Below, in pieces: positions 53,658-62,349 of a stretch of 64,000 nucleotides of DNA. Position numbers and translations under genes: made by a program. Below the pieces are notes generated by a model that was not told where the DNA came from, made no database searches, and saw nothing but the letters and a program-made list of their open reading frames with translations. Within the stretch, counting starts at the first letter, position 1; each line of letters starts with the position of its first letter. The stretch is taken from the IMG/VR virus record IMGVR_UViG_3300048926_000232. The stretch is one strand, 5' to 3'. This DNA comes from an uncultured virus (IMG/VR IMGVR_UViG_3300048926_000232) (lineage: Duplodnaviria; Heunggongvirae; Uroviricota; Caudoviricetes).

Positions 53658-54724
53658 ACGAACAAGCCCCAAAACCCCGCACCGAAGAGCCAAGCACGGT
53701 TCACGGCCGCCTCATGGAGGCGATGCATATCGCCGGTTACACATTCGAACGTGCGGTCGCTGAACTTGATTGGCTCATGACAGACGAACGATGGAAACAG
53801 GCCGGCGGCGGTTTCGAGCTGTTTGACGATTTCGTCAAAACGCTTGGCCTGGAAAAGTTCAAAATGAGTATCGACCAGCGAAAAGGGTTGGCCGAAAAAA
53901 TGGCCGCCGCCGGGGCGCATAACCGCCCAATAGCTAAGGCGTTGGGGGTTGATGAAACGACCGTTCGCCGAGACTTAGCCCCAAGTGCGGCAAATGCCGC
54001 ACCCGCACCCAGAAGCCCCATAGAAACCAAGGCGTCAAATACACCAAATGCGGCAAATGCCGCACCCGCACCGGCCCCGGCGTTCTCAAGCTTCGACCCC
54101 GCCAAGGCCATGAAACAGCAAGAGACGCGGGAACTAAAAACCGAAAAGCGGGCGGAACGCGAAACCCAACTGGCGGCCAAGATCGCCGCGCTGCCCGAAA
54201 AAAAATACGGCGTAATCCTCGCTGACCCGGAATGGAAATTCCAGCCGTACAGCGAAGAAACCGGCATGGATAGGGCGGCCGATAATCACTATCCGACAAG
54301 CGCACTTGAGGAAATCAAAGCGCGAAACGTGCCCTCGATAGCCGCCGAAGATTGCGTGCTTTTCCTTTGGGCGACTTCGCCAATGTTGGCGCAAGCGCTT
54401 GAGGTTTTGGAGGCTTGGGGGTTCGAATACAAGAGCGGCGCCGTTTGGGTCAAAGACAGGATCGGAACCGGCTACTGGTTTCGTAATCAGCATGAATTTT
54501 TATTGGTCGGCACGCGCGGGAATATCCCGGCGCCGGCCATGGGCGACCAGTTCGCCTCCGTAATCATGGCCCCGGTTGGTGAGCATTCCGAGAAGCCGGA
54601 AGCCGCCCTAGCAATCATCGAAGCCTATTACCCGAACATTCCGAAAATCGAATTGAACCGCCGTGGCCCGCCCCGGCCCGGTTGGGATGCGTGGGGCAAT
54701 GAAGCCGAGCAACCAAAAACCTAA
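53654..54724 (+). CDS. HTH plus MT-A70-family adenine methyltransferase
   Basis: IAKALGVDETTVRRDL; YGVILADPEW; HYPT; LFLWAT; WGFEYK; HSEKP; WDAWGNE. Confidence 0.9.
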   Translation: MNEQAPKPRTEEPSTVHGRLMEAMHIAGYTFERAVAELDWLMTDERWKQAGGGFELFDDFVKTLGLEKFKMSIDQRKGLAEKMAAAGAHNRPIAKALGVDETTVRRDLAPSAANAAPAPRSPIETKASNTPNAANAAPAPAPAFSSFDPAKAMKQQETRELKTEKRAERETQLAAKIAALPEKKYGVILADPEWKFQPYSEETGMDRAADNHYPTSALEEIKARNVPSIAAEDCVLFLWATSPMLAQALEVLEAWGFEYKSGAVWVKDRIGTGYWFRNQHEFLLVGTRGNIPAPAMGDQFASVIMAPVGEHSEKPEAALAIIEAYYPNIPKIELNRRGPPRPGWDAWGNEAEQPKT

Positions 54725-54738
54725 AAGGGAGAAAGGGA

Positions 54739-55422
54739 ATGGACATGACCGGCCACAATTCAAACGAACTAACCGCCGCCGAACGCAAGGCGCTATTGAT
54801 GCACCACATGCGGGCGATATCGGCACAACAGGCGATTTGCGACCGCGAGAACGAAGAGCGCAAGCGCCTTCGAAAGCTCGCCAAGGCAGACGGGATTCCC
54901 ATGGCCGATATCGATTACGGCATGCGGGTTCTGGAAATCGAAGACCCGCAAATCATCATCGACGAACAGCGCCGGCATTCCGAATTGGCCGAATGGTTCG
55001 GCGTCCCGATCTTCACGCAATCCGAATTCGATTTCGACCGTGAGCCGGCCGTGGACCGCGCCCGCCGGGAAGGCGCCGCCGCCGGGGCCATGGGCCGGGA
55101 CAACAACCCGCCATATGGAACGGGTTCTGCGCAAGCCGAGGCATGGCGGGCAGGGTGGCGGGAAGAGCAAGACCGCATGATTGCCGACATGGAAAGCGCC
55201 ATGGAAAAGCGCAACCGGGCGCGGGCTCAAGCAGCGGCAGGGTTGGACCCGACCAAGCCCGAGGGCGAGAACGCCACGTTCGAAGAGCAGGGCGAAGACG
55301 CAAGCCAGGCCGACGCCGATTCCGAATGGGAGGCCGCCGCGCCGACCAGTTCGCCGCCAACCGCGCCGAAACGCGGCAGGCCGAAGAAGGCCGTAATAGT
55401 GGGCGGCGATGTCGAGGCTTAA
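54739..55422 (+). CDS. Hypothetical protein
   Basis: GHNS N-terminus, coiled coil, NPPY...W..GW, KRGRPKK. Confidence 0.75.
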   Translation: MDMTGHNSNELTAAERKALLMHHMRAISAQQAICDRENEERKRLRKLAKADGIPMADIDYGMRVLEIEDPQIIIDEQRRHSELAEWFGVPIFTQSEFDFDREPAVDRARREGAAAGAMGRDNNPPYGTGSAQAEAWRAGWREEQDRMIADMESAMEKRNRARAQAAAGLDPTKPEGENATFEEQGEDASQADADSEWEAAAPTSSPPTAPKRGRPKKAVIVGGDVEA

Positions 55423-55427
55423 TCGTC

Positions 55428-55997
55428 ATGTTGCGCGTATTGGCGTTCGACCAATCAGTCACGCGGACAGGGTATGCCTTCGACAAAGGGGGCAAACCCG
55501 ACGAAATCGAATTCGGTTCGTTTTCGTGCGCCGAGGGGCACGACGCGTTCCAAGTTCGCGAGCGCTTGGGCCGGCGGGTGAAACAGTTGATTTCGCTTTA
55601 TCGCCCCGAGTTCGTGATTTGGGAAAAAGCCCGCCAGCACATAACCGCGTATCCGAAAAAGAAGCCCGCCGACTTGGTAGAGCCGGCAGGCATCGCAGGC
55701 GTTACCGTATCGGCCAAACAGTTGTTGCTTCCCGGTATCGAAGGCGTCTTGCATGGGCTTTGCATCGCCTATGGGATTGCGTGCGATAGCCCGAGCCCGG
55801 CGACGTGGCGCAAGGTGACGTTAGGCAACGGGGCGCTAGGGACCGACGAAGCCAAAGAGGCGGCACTCGCTCATTGCCGCCGGCTCAAGGTGGCGGTTGC
55901 CAACCATGACGAAGCCGAAGCCGTTTGCATCGCGCTTTATTCCCCGTCCAGCCAAATCTACCGGCGCGCCTTTTCAGCAAAGAGGGCGGCCAGATGA
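55428..55997 (+). CDS. RuvC-like Holliday junction resolvase
   Basis: VLAFDQSVTRTGYA; VIWE; PATWRK; K; NHDEAEA. Confidence 0.75.
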   Translation: MLRVLAFDQSVTRTGYAFDKGGKPDEIEFGSFSCAEGHDAFQVRERLGRRVKQLISLYRPEFVIWEKARQHITAYPKKKPADLVEPAGIAGVTVSAKQLLLPGIEGVLHGLCIAYGIACDSPSPATWRKVTLGNGALGTDEAKEAALAHCRRLKVAVANHDEAEAVCIALYSPSSQIYRRAFSAKRAAR

Positions 55998-57031
55998 TTT
56001 TCGGGTCTGTCTGCAGTGGCATTGAATCGGCCTCGGTAGCGTGGGCGCCGCTTGGTTGGCAGGCCGCATTCCATGCCGAAATAGAGCCGTTCGCGTCCGC
56101 CGTTCTGGCGGCGCGGTTCCCCGGCGTTCCGAACCTTGGCGACATCCGCCTTTTTGAGGGGTGGCCCGATTATGCAATTGACGTTCTTGTCGGCGGAACC
56201 CCATGCCAATCGTTCAGCATCGCCGGACTCCGGCGCGGATTGGGCGATGCGCGTGGCAACCTCATGCTTTGCTATGGCGCGATTGCTCGGCGATATCGCC
56301 CCCGCTGGTTGGCGTGGGAGAACGTGCCCGGTATCTTTTCAAGCGATGGCGGACGAGACTTTGCAAGCCTTTTGGGATTGCTCGCCGGAAAGCGAATCGA
56401 AACGCCCGCCTTCGGCTGGCAGTCTGGCGGCGTTGTCGAAGGCTACGAAGGCGCATACGGCCTCGCATGGCGCGTGCTTGACGCTCAATTTACCCGAGTT
56501 CCCGGCTTTCCATTCGCCGTTCCACAAAAGCGGCGGCGTGTGTTCCTTGTCGGATATCTTGGAGACTGGCGACGTGCCGCCACGGTATTTTTTGAGCCGG
56601 AAAGCCTGCAGGGGAATAATCGACCGCGCCGAACGGCGGGGCAAAACATTTCCGACAAATATAGGCCGGGCACTGCACTCGGCGGCTGGTTTGACGCAAT
56701 AACCGCACGGCTTGTTTCGTTCGGCGAATATGACGAATGCGGCTACGCCAGCACCGTTCAAAGCCGGGACTACAAATACGTCACGGACTTGATAGCGGTT
56801 CCCGGCGCCAAAAAGGGCAGTTGGCGAATCCGCCGCCTCACTGTGACGGAGGCCGAGCGGCTGCAGGGGTTCCCGGACGGCCACACCGCTATTCCGTGGG
56901 AGGGCAAACCGGTTGCCGGCGATGCCCCGCGTTTCCGCGCGATCGGCAACGCCATGCCCGTCAATGTCATGGAATGGATAGGCCGGCGGATCGATATCGC
57001 CGACCGGCTGGAATTGGGGGCGGCGGCATGA
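55994..57031 (+). CDS. C5 cytosine DNA methyltransferase
   Basis: SVCSGIE; GGTPCQSFS; WENVPG; VPQKRRRVF; RRLTVTEAERLQGFPD; IGNAM. Confidence 0.95.
   Translation: MIFGSVCSGIESASVAWAPLGWQAAFHAEIEPFASAVLAARFPGVPNLGDIRLFEGWPDYAIDVLVGGTPCQSFSIAGLRRGLGDARGNLMLCYGAIARRYRPRWLAWENVPGIFSSDGGRDFASLLGLLAGKRIETPAFGWQSGGVVEGYEGAYGLAWRVLDAQFTRVPGFPFAVPQKRRRVFLVGYLGDWRRAATVFFEPESLQGNNRPRRTAGQNISDKYRPGTALGGWFDAITARLVSFGEYDECGYASTVQSRDYKYVTDLIAVPGAKKGSWRIRRLTVTEAERLQGFPDGHTAIPWEGKPVAGDAPRFRAIGNAMPVNVMEWIGRRIDIADRLELGAAA
56172..56702 (+). CDS. Nested alternative-frame ORF (M.EcoHK31I beta-like)
   Basis: ATG after GAGGGG inside the methylase gene; C-terminus SLSDILETGDVPPRYFLSRKACRGIIDRAERRGK. Confidence 0.6.
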   Translation: MQLTFLSAEPHANRSASPDSGADWAMRVATSCFAMARLLGDIAPAGWRGRTCPVSFQAMADETLQAFWDCSPESESKRPPSAGSLAALSKATKAHTASHGACLTLNLPEFPAFHSPFHKSGGVCSLSDILETGDVPPRYFLSRKACRGIIDRAERRGKTFPTNIGRALHSAAGLTQ

Positions 57032-57858
57032 GCAACCCCTATCTGATGGACGGCCCCGCAATCGTTTCCTTTTCCGGCGGACGAACAAGCGCCTACATGC
57101 TTGCGCATATCGTGGAAGCGCACGGCGGGCGCCTGCCTGAGAACGTCTATGCAGTGTTCGCCAATACCGGCAAGGAACGGCCCGAAACGCTGCGCTTCGT
57201 CCATGACGTGGGGCAGAACCTAGGCGTTCCGGTTTACTGGCTCGAATTCCAGGCGCGCGCCCCCGGTTTCCAGATAGTCGGTTTCAACAGCGCTTCGCGC
57301 GACGGCGAACCGTTCAAGGCGCTGATTGACAAAAAGCGCCGGTTGCCGAACGGCCGCGAACGCTGGTGTACCGAACTTTTGAAAGTGCGGCCTATCCATG
57401 CGTTCGCGCAAAGCGTTGGCCTGATCCACGGCGAATTCGTCAACGTCATTGGCTTGCGCCATGACGAGGGCCACAGGATCTTGAAAGGCTATGCGAGCGC
57501 CGAAAAATACGGCCAGCGCGTGGCCTATCCGCTTGCCAAGGCCAAAGTGGTCAAGGCCGATATCATGGCCTTTTGGCGCGGTAGCCCTTACGACCTGCAG
57601 CTTGAGCCGTGGGAAGGCAATTGCGACCTTTGTTTTCTAAAGGGCGTGGCGATCCGCCGTCGCATTGTTCGCGACAGGCCCGAAAGTGCGGTTTGGTGGC
57701 ACGCGCGCGAAACCGAAACCGGCGGCCGATTCAGTTCCCGCGAAACCGTCCTCGATATTGTCCAGCGCGTGGGCGACACCCCGGAATTATTCGATATCGG
57801 CGCGGAAGAGTTTGACGCCGAGTGCGGCCTTTCCTGCTCATGGGAGGACGCAGGATGA
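57028..57858 (+). CDS. PAPS-reductase-family (PP-loop) protein
   Basis: VSFSGGRTSAYM; FANTGKE; WCTELLK; IGLRHDE; GNCDLCFLK. Confidence 0.88.
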   Translation: MSNPYLMDGPAIVSFSGGRTSAYMLAHIVEAHGGRLPENVYAVFANTGKERPETLRFVHDVGQNLGVPVYWLEFQARAPGFQIVGFNSASRDGEPFKALIDKKRRLPNGRERWCTELLKVRPIHAFAQSVGLIHGEFVNVIGLRHDEGHRILKGYASAEKYGQRVAYPLAKAKVVKADIMAFWRGSPYDLQLEPWEGNCDLCFLKGVAIRRRIVRDRPESAVWWHARETETGGRFSSRETVLDIVQRVGDTPELFDIGAEEFDAECGLSCSWEDAG

Positions 57859-58754
57859 GTGGCGCGGCCTCATGGTTCAAATTTTACCCGTCCGACTGGT
57901 TGGGGGGCACGGCCGAATTAACGGTAACCGAACTTGCCGTTTACATCACGCTGATTGCGCAAATGTACGACCACGGCGAGCCCATCGAAATCGATGTTTC
58001 GAGGTTGGCAAAACGGCTTGGAATTACCCGCCGGCTAACCGCCGAATCCATCCAAAGTCTTGTCGCCTTGGAGAAGCTTTCCGTAACGGAAAGCGGCCGG
58101 TTCTGGAATGCCAGAACTGACAAGGAAATTGAAATAAGGCAGGCAAAAACAAATAAGGCAAAGGCCTCATCACAATTCAGGTGGAGCAAAAAAGACAGCG
58201 AAAACAAGAGCCCGCCGGAAGAAACGCATTCCAGAAATGATGCTACCAGATACCAGATACCAGATTCCAGAGAAGAATCCCCCCTTACCCCCCTTGCGGG
58301 GGGTACGGTCCCCCCGGCCGAGCCGGCTGAAAAAGCCCCGGATTCGAAACCCGAAAAAGAGCCCGAAAAAGAGCCTGAGAAAAAGCCCGAAAAGCCGAAA
58401 GCCGAGCCGAAGGGTTCGCGCATTCCCGACGACTTCGAACCGGATTTGGCATGGGCCGAACTTGAGGGCATGCACCCGAGCCAGACGAAGCGCGAGGCGG
58501 CAAAGTTCCGCGATTTCTGGTTAGCCAAAACCGGCGCCGACGCCCGCAAGGTCGATTGGCCCGCCACGTGGCGAACATGGGTTCGCCGCGCCCTTGAGCG
58601 CATGCCGCGTTCCACCGGCCCGCCCGCCCGCCCGCTTTCGGAATACCGGCAACGCCAGAACGCCTTGTGGGCGGAATTGGACGCGGAAAGGGGGGTAAAC
58701 CCTGATGAGCAGGAACCTAGCGACAGCCGATTCAAGCATTCCATCGACCATTAG
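57855..58754 (+). CDS. Replication initiator (DUF1376/YdaU-like N-terminus)
   Basis: WFKFYPSDWLGGT..LT..E..VYI.L; C-terminal KFRDFW...K.DW.ATWRTW. Confidence 0.85.
   Translation: MSGAASWFKFYPSDWLGGTAELTVTELAVYITLIAQMYDHGEPIEIDVSRLAKRLGITRRLTAESIQSLVALEKLSVTESGRFWNARTDKEIEIRQAKTNKAKASSQFRWSKKDSENKSPPEETHSRNDATRYQIPDSREESPLTPLAGGTVPPAEPAEKAPDSKPEKEPEKEPEKKPEKPKAEPKGSRIPDDFEPDLAWAELEGMHPSQTKREAAKFRDFWLAKTGADARKVDWPATWRTWVRRALERMPRSTGPPARPLSEYRQRQNALWAELDAERGVNPDEQEPSDSRFKHSIDH
58229..58306 (+). repeat. Iteron-like repeats, candidate origin inside the initiator gene
   Basis: (TACCAGA)x3 plus TTCCAGA at 58244-58271, after an A-rich stretch and before CCCCCTTACCCCC. Confidence 0.55.
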
Positions 58755-59379
58755 CGAGGAAATCGCCGAACTGACTCGGCGGCTGCAGTTCGCAACCCCG
58801 GCACTGATTGAGGATTGCTTGGAACGCATGCGGGCGGGTGGCATGGAATTGCCGCCCGGATTGCGGCGCGGGTGGCTGGACGAATACCGCTACGCCCTTC
58901 ACCGCGTCCCGGCCTACGGCCTGGTTATGGCGACAAAGAAAATCAAGCGCGGCGAATATCCCGACCACCGGGGCAACTTCGTTCCGTTGCCGGCGCAACT
59001 GGCGCACCTATGCCGGATCGAGGCGGAATCGACAATCGAGGATTTGACCCGCCTAAAGGCGAAAGCAAATGCGGCCAAAACAACCGCAGATTTATTCGCC
59101 CCGAAAGATACCGAAGAGCAGGCACGGCAAAAAGCGCGCATCCGGGAACTTCACGCCGCGTTCAAAAGGCATCACGCGGCCGTGAAAGCGGCGCAAAAAG
59201 GGTGGAGCCCGGACGCCGAACCCATTGACCACGAGTCCGCGCAATATTGGACGCTGATTAAAAATTTGCAGGACTCCGGTCCACTCACGGCAGAGCAGCA
59301 AGAATTTAGGCGCCGTATTGATACGGAAATATCGCGAGCAAAACCGCCGGTAAATAGTGAGGGGAAATCAGATGATTAG
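58705..59379 (+). CDS. Hypothetical protein downstream of initiator (possible helicase loader)
   Basis: Y..AL..VP.YGL..A...I..G......F.P.PAQL; position. Confidence 0.65.
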   Translation: MSRNLATADSSIPSTISEEIAELTRRLQFATPALIEDCLERMRAGGMELPPGLRRGWLDEYRYALHRVPAYGLVMATKKIKRGEYPDHRGNFVPLPAQLAHLCRIEAESTIEDLTRLKAKANAAKTTADLFAPKDTEEQARQKARIRELHAAFKRHHAAVKAAQKGWSPDAEPIDHESAQYWTLIKNLQDSGPLTAEQQEFRRRIDTEISRAKPPVNSEGKSDD

Positions 59380-59523
59380 CGAGAAAGTGCAAACAATCGC
59401 AAAAATTGTAAAGCAAAAAAATATAGTGAGCCGAGAAATTGTCAGTGGCGATTCTCGAATCTCTAGTTATAGTGGGGCTATATCAATCAAATTGAACAAT
59501 AACATTAGCAGCGGGGAAAGAGC

Positions 59524-59979
59524 ATGAGCGATCCCGGCCTTGAAAAAACGGTCGAACATGAGGCCGCCAACGCGGCGGAACGCGAGTTGTTGCGCGGGTT
59601 CGAAGACCGAGCGCATACGGCTGCGAACGCGCCGCGCACGCATACGTTAGCAACTGCCCCGCTTCCGGGCGGATACTCGGCCGGCAAAGAAACGATCCAG
59701 CCGGGCGCCGCCCTCAAGATGGTCGAACTTGCCAAGGCCGAACACGAACGGGCGCGCCGGGCTATCAATCAGATGGAATTGGAACGCCAAGTTCTGCGCG
59801 CCTCGACGCTCGAAAAATTCCGCGTGCGGGCCGAGGAACTTATGGCGGAACGCGAACGGGCGCTTGCGCAAATCGAGCGTGACCACGAAACCCGCGTTTC
59901 CGCGCCAATGGACCTTATGCGGGTTTCGGCCCGTCTCTTCGAACGCACGGAAGAGGCGGTCCAGTGGACAAGGAACTAA
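59524..59979 (+). CDS. Hypothetical coiled-coil protein
   Basis: GGGGA RBS after an AT-rich promoter-like region. Confidence 0.7.
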   Translation: MSDPGLEKTVEHEAANAAERELLRGFEDRAHTAANAPRTHTLATAPLPGGYSAGKETIQPGAALKMVELAKAEHERARRAINQMELERQVLRASTLEKFRVRAEELMAERERALAQIERDHETRVSAPMDLMRVSARLFERTEEAVQWTRN

Positions 59980-60644
59980 AAACCAAAACCGTCTGGCGCG
60001 AATTGTTCGACATGCCGCCGGAAATCGCCGGCCTGCCGCGCGACAAACGCGGCTACCCGATTCCGGCCTTCGTCGAGTACGTCAAGGGCGAGCCCGATTT
60101 CCGGATCATGAAGCTTAGGCATCTGATCCGCTGCATAAAGCAGAACGTTTGCTGGATATGCGGAATGAAGATGGGCAAGCGTAAATGGTTCACGATTGGC
60201 CCCATGTGCTGCATAAACCGGGTTTCGGCCGAACCGCCCTCACACCGGCTTTGCGCTCAATTCGCCGTCAAGAATTGCCCGTTCCTTGCCCGGCCCATGG
60301 CAAAGCGCAACGAACGCGACATGGACGAACTCGGCGCCGTTCAGGCCGGCATAGGCATAGACCGGAACCCCGGCGTAGCCGCGATATGGGAAACCCGCGA
60401 CTACAAGCTGTTTCAAGCCGGAGACGGTTGGCTCTTTGAAATCGGCGAACCCAAGAACGTTTCGTTCTGGCGGGAGGGCCGCACGGCCACCCGCACCGAA
60501 ATTCTGGAATCGGTTCGCACCGGCCTGCCGTTTCTGCAGGAAGCCGCCGAAACGGACGGGGAACCCGGCTTGCGGGCGCTTGTAGAGCAGACCAACCGTT
60601 TCCGCGCCTTGGTTCTGGATAAATGGGCGCCGGGCCATGACTGA
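59964..60644 (+). CDS. Hypothetical Cys/His protein
   Basis: RGYPIPAFV...PDFR...CWICG...GPMC...EPPSH..CA.FA..CPFL. Confidence 0.8.
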   Translation: MDKELKTKTVWRELFDMPPEIAGLPRDKRGYPIPAFVEYVKGEPDFRIMKLRHLIRCIKQNVCWICGMKMGKRKWFTIGPMCCINRVSAEPPSHRLCAQFAVKNCPFLARPMAKRNERDMDELGAVQAGIGIDRNPGVAAIWETRDYKLFQAGDGWLFEIGEPKNVSFWREGRTATRTEILESVRTGLPFLQEAAETDGEPGLRALVEQTNRFRALVLDKWAPGHD

Positions 60645-60810
60645 CAAACCGGACCCGAAACCGATCCCGGCAGACGCCAAGCGCAAGGCAACCATGCAAC
60701 TGCGCTTCAAGGGCGGCAGGCTGCAACAACGGTTCCTGATCGAGGAAAAGAAAGCCACCTATTACCGTTGGCTTGACGTGCCGGCCGTCGCGCCCGACGC
60801 CGAGGATTGA
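60637..60810 (+). CDS. Small hypothetical protein (57 aa)
   Basis: Fills the gap between coupled genes; LR..GG.LQQ.F...W.DVP. Confidence 0.55.
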   Translation: MTDKPDPKPIPADAKRKATMQLRFKGGRLQQRFLIEEKKATYYRWLDVPAVAPDAED

Positions 60811-60814
60811 GCCC

Positions 60815-62317
60815 ATGGCAGCGAACCGTTTCAGAACGCCGGTCAAGGCCTATGGGTTTGTCACCCATGAGGAAGAAATGAAGCTGCAGGACCACGTGGA
60901 TATGTGGATCAAGCGGGCCTTTCGAACCGACCCGATAGACCCGGCGGAAGCCGTCGCGTCAATCCAAGCCCTGTATGCGGCGGCGAAGCTCAAATTCACG
61001 CCGCGCGTTGTCATAGCCCCGTCGCCCTTGGCCGGCGCGTTCATTTACGGCGCCGCCGCCGCCGCCTGGCATCGCCTGGAATATCCCGGCGGCTCGGATT
61101 CAATCGGCACGTACAACACCCGCAAGGCGGCCGAAGAGACGGACAAGCGGTTGAAAGATTCGCTTTTGGACACGGCCACGAGAGCCACCCAAAACGCTAC
61201 CGGCACGCTGGAATTCAACCCATGGAATCCGGACGAACCGAAGCCGACACGAAGCCGGCGGCATGAATCGGTAAGCGAAAAAATGCGCAACCATGCGCAG
61301 CGGGTAATTCAGCGCGGCTTGGGTGAGGTGATAGCCCAAGGCCTGCTAGCCACGATCAGCACGGCGCCGCCGAAAAAGCGCCGAACGAAGAAGCCGAACA
61401 ATGAGGCGGTTCGGGCCGCCGAACGGCAGTTGATTACGGCGCTGCAGGACGCAATCCGGGCCTCGGCCTTCGCTACCGACGAAAATTTGCAGCGCGGCGT
61501 GCCGACATTGGGAGGCGAGCAGCCGCAAGCCCATAACACGGCGAAGGCCATGATTTCCGCCGCCGTCCAGATTGGCAGTACCGGCTTTTACGACACGCTC
61601 GAAAGCGCCTATGCAAATGCCTGTTTCGAAATCGCCGGTACGCTCGGCATAGAGTGCGCCCGGCAATGGTCCTATGCCTGCCAAGGCGGCAACACGTGGG
61701 CCGCGTTCGAATGTTTCGTTAGCGGCATGCGCGACGTTATCGGTTTGCGGCTCCCGGAATATGAGGCATTCGCCGCATGGGAACGCGCCGCGCTTGCCGG
61801 CCATATCCGGTTTTGCCACGAGAACTTTTGCGTGGTTTCGGATTTCCCGGAATTCATCAAGACCGACGAACAGGGCCGCGCCCATTGCGACAACGGCCCG
61901 TCGCACCGCTACCGCGACGGATGGGCCTTGTATAATTGGCACGGCACGCCGGTTCCCGAACAATGGATTGACGAAAAGCATTTGTTGACGGCCGGCGAGG
62001 CGTTGACGTGGCCCAACGTCGAACAGCGGCGCGCCGCGTGCGAGATACTCGGTTGGGCGAATATCCTGCAGCAACTTGACGCCAAGGTGATTGACGATGA
62101 CCGCGACCCGGAAATCGGGCAGTTGCTTGCGGTCAATTTGCCCGGCGTTCCGGGCTTTGCCAACACGATACCGGCGCGCTTCCTTCGCGTCCGTTGCGGC
62201 ACCGGCCGCGATTTCTGCATTTGCGTTCCGACGAACATGCAAACCGCAATCCAGGCTCAAGCGTGGATGATCGGACTCGACCCCGAACAATTCAAACGAC
62301 CGGAAGTGCGGGCATAA
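60815..62317 (+). CDS. DUF6745-like protein
   Basis: C-terminal DEQGRAHCDNGPSHRYRDGWALYNWHG..VP...NVEQRRAACEILGW...CGTGRDF...VP. Confidence 0.8.
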   Translation: MAANRFRTPVKAYGFVTHEEEMKLQDHVDMWIKRAFRTDPIDPAEAVASIQALYAAAKLKFTPRVVIAPSPLAGAFIYGAAAAAWHRLEYPGGSDSIGTYNTRKAAEETDKRLKDSLLDTATRATQNATGTLEFNPWNPDEPKPTRSRRHESVSEKMRNHAQRVIQRGLGEVIAQGLLATISTAPPKKRRTKKPNNEAVRAAERQLITALQDAIRASAFATDENLQRGVPTLGGEQPQAHNTAKAMISAAVQIGSTGFYDTLESAYANACFEIAGTLGIECARQWSYACQGGNTWAAFECFVSGMRDVIGLRLPEYEAFAAWERAALAGHIRFCHENFCVVSDFPEFIKTDEQGRAHCDNGPSHRYRDGWALYNWHGTPVPEQWIDEKHLLTAGEALTWPNVEQRRAACEILGWANILQQLDAKVIDDDRDPEIGQLLAVNLPGVPGFANTIPARFLRVRCGTGRDFCICVPTNMQTAIQAQAWMIGLDPEQFKRPEVRA

Positions 62318-62349
62318 GGCCCGCGCCGGGAAAACAGGAGCAAGTAGCC

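Noticed and set aside
55428..57031. Restriction-modification system (nuclease next to C5 methylase)
   Set aside because: The nuclease has RuvC-like resolvase motifs and a replication-region context; no restriction endonuclease recognised
57028..57858. Sulfate-assimilation cysH or a complete Dnd phosphorothioation system
   Set aside because: Only the PP-loop family signature is present; no other cys or dnd genes in the window
61346..62290. 314-aa - strand ORF
   Set aside because: Antisense to the DUF6745-like gene; no RBS or motifs
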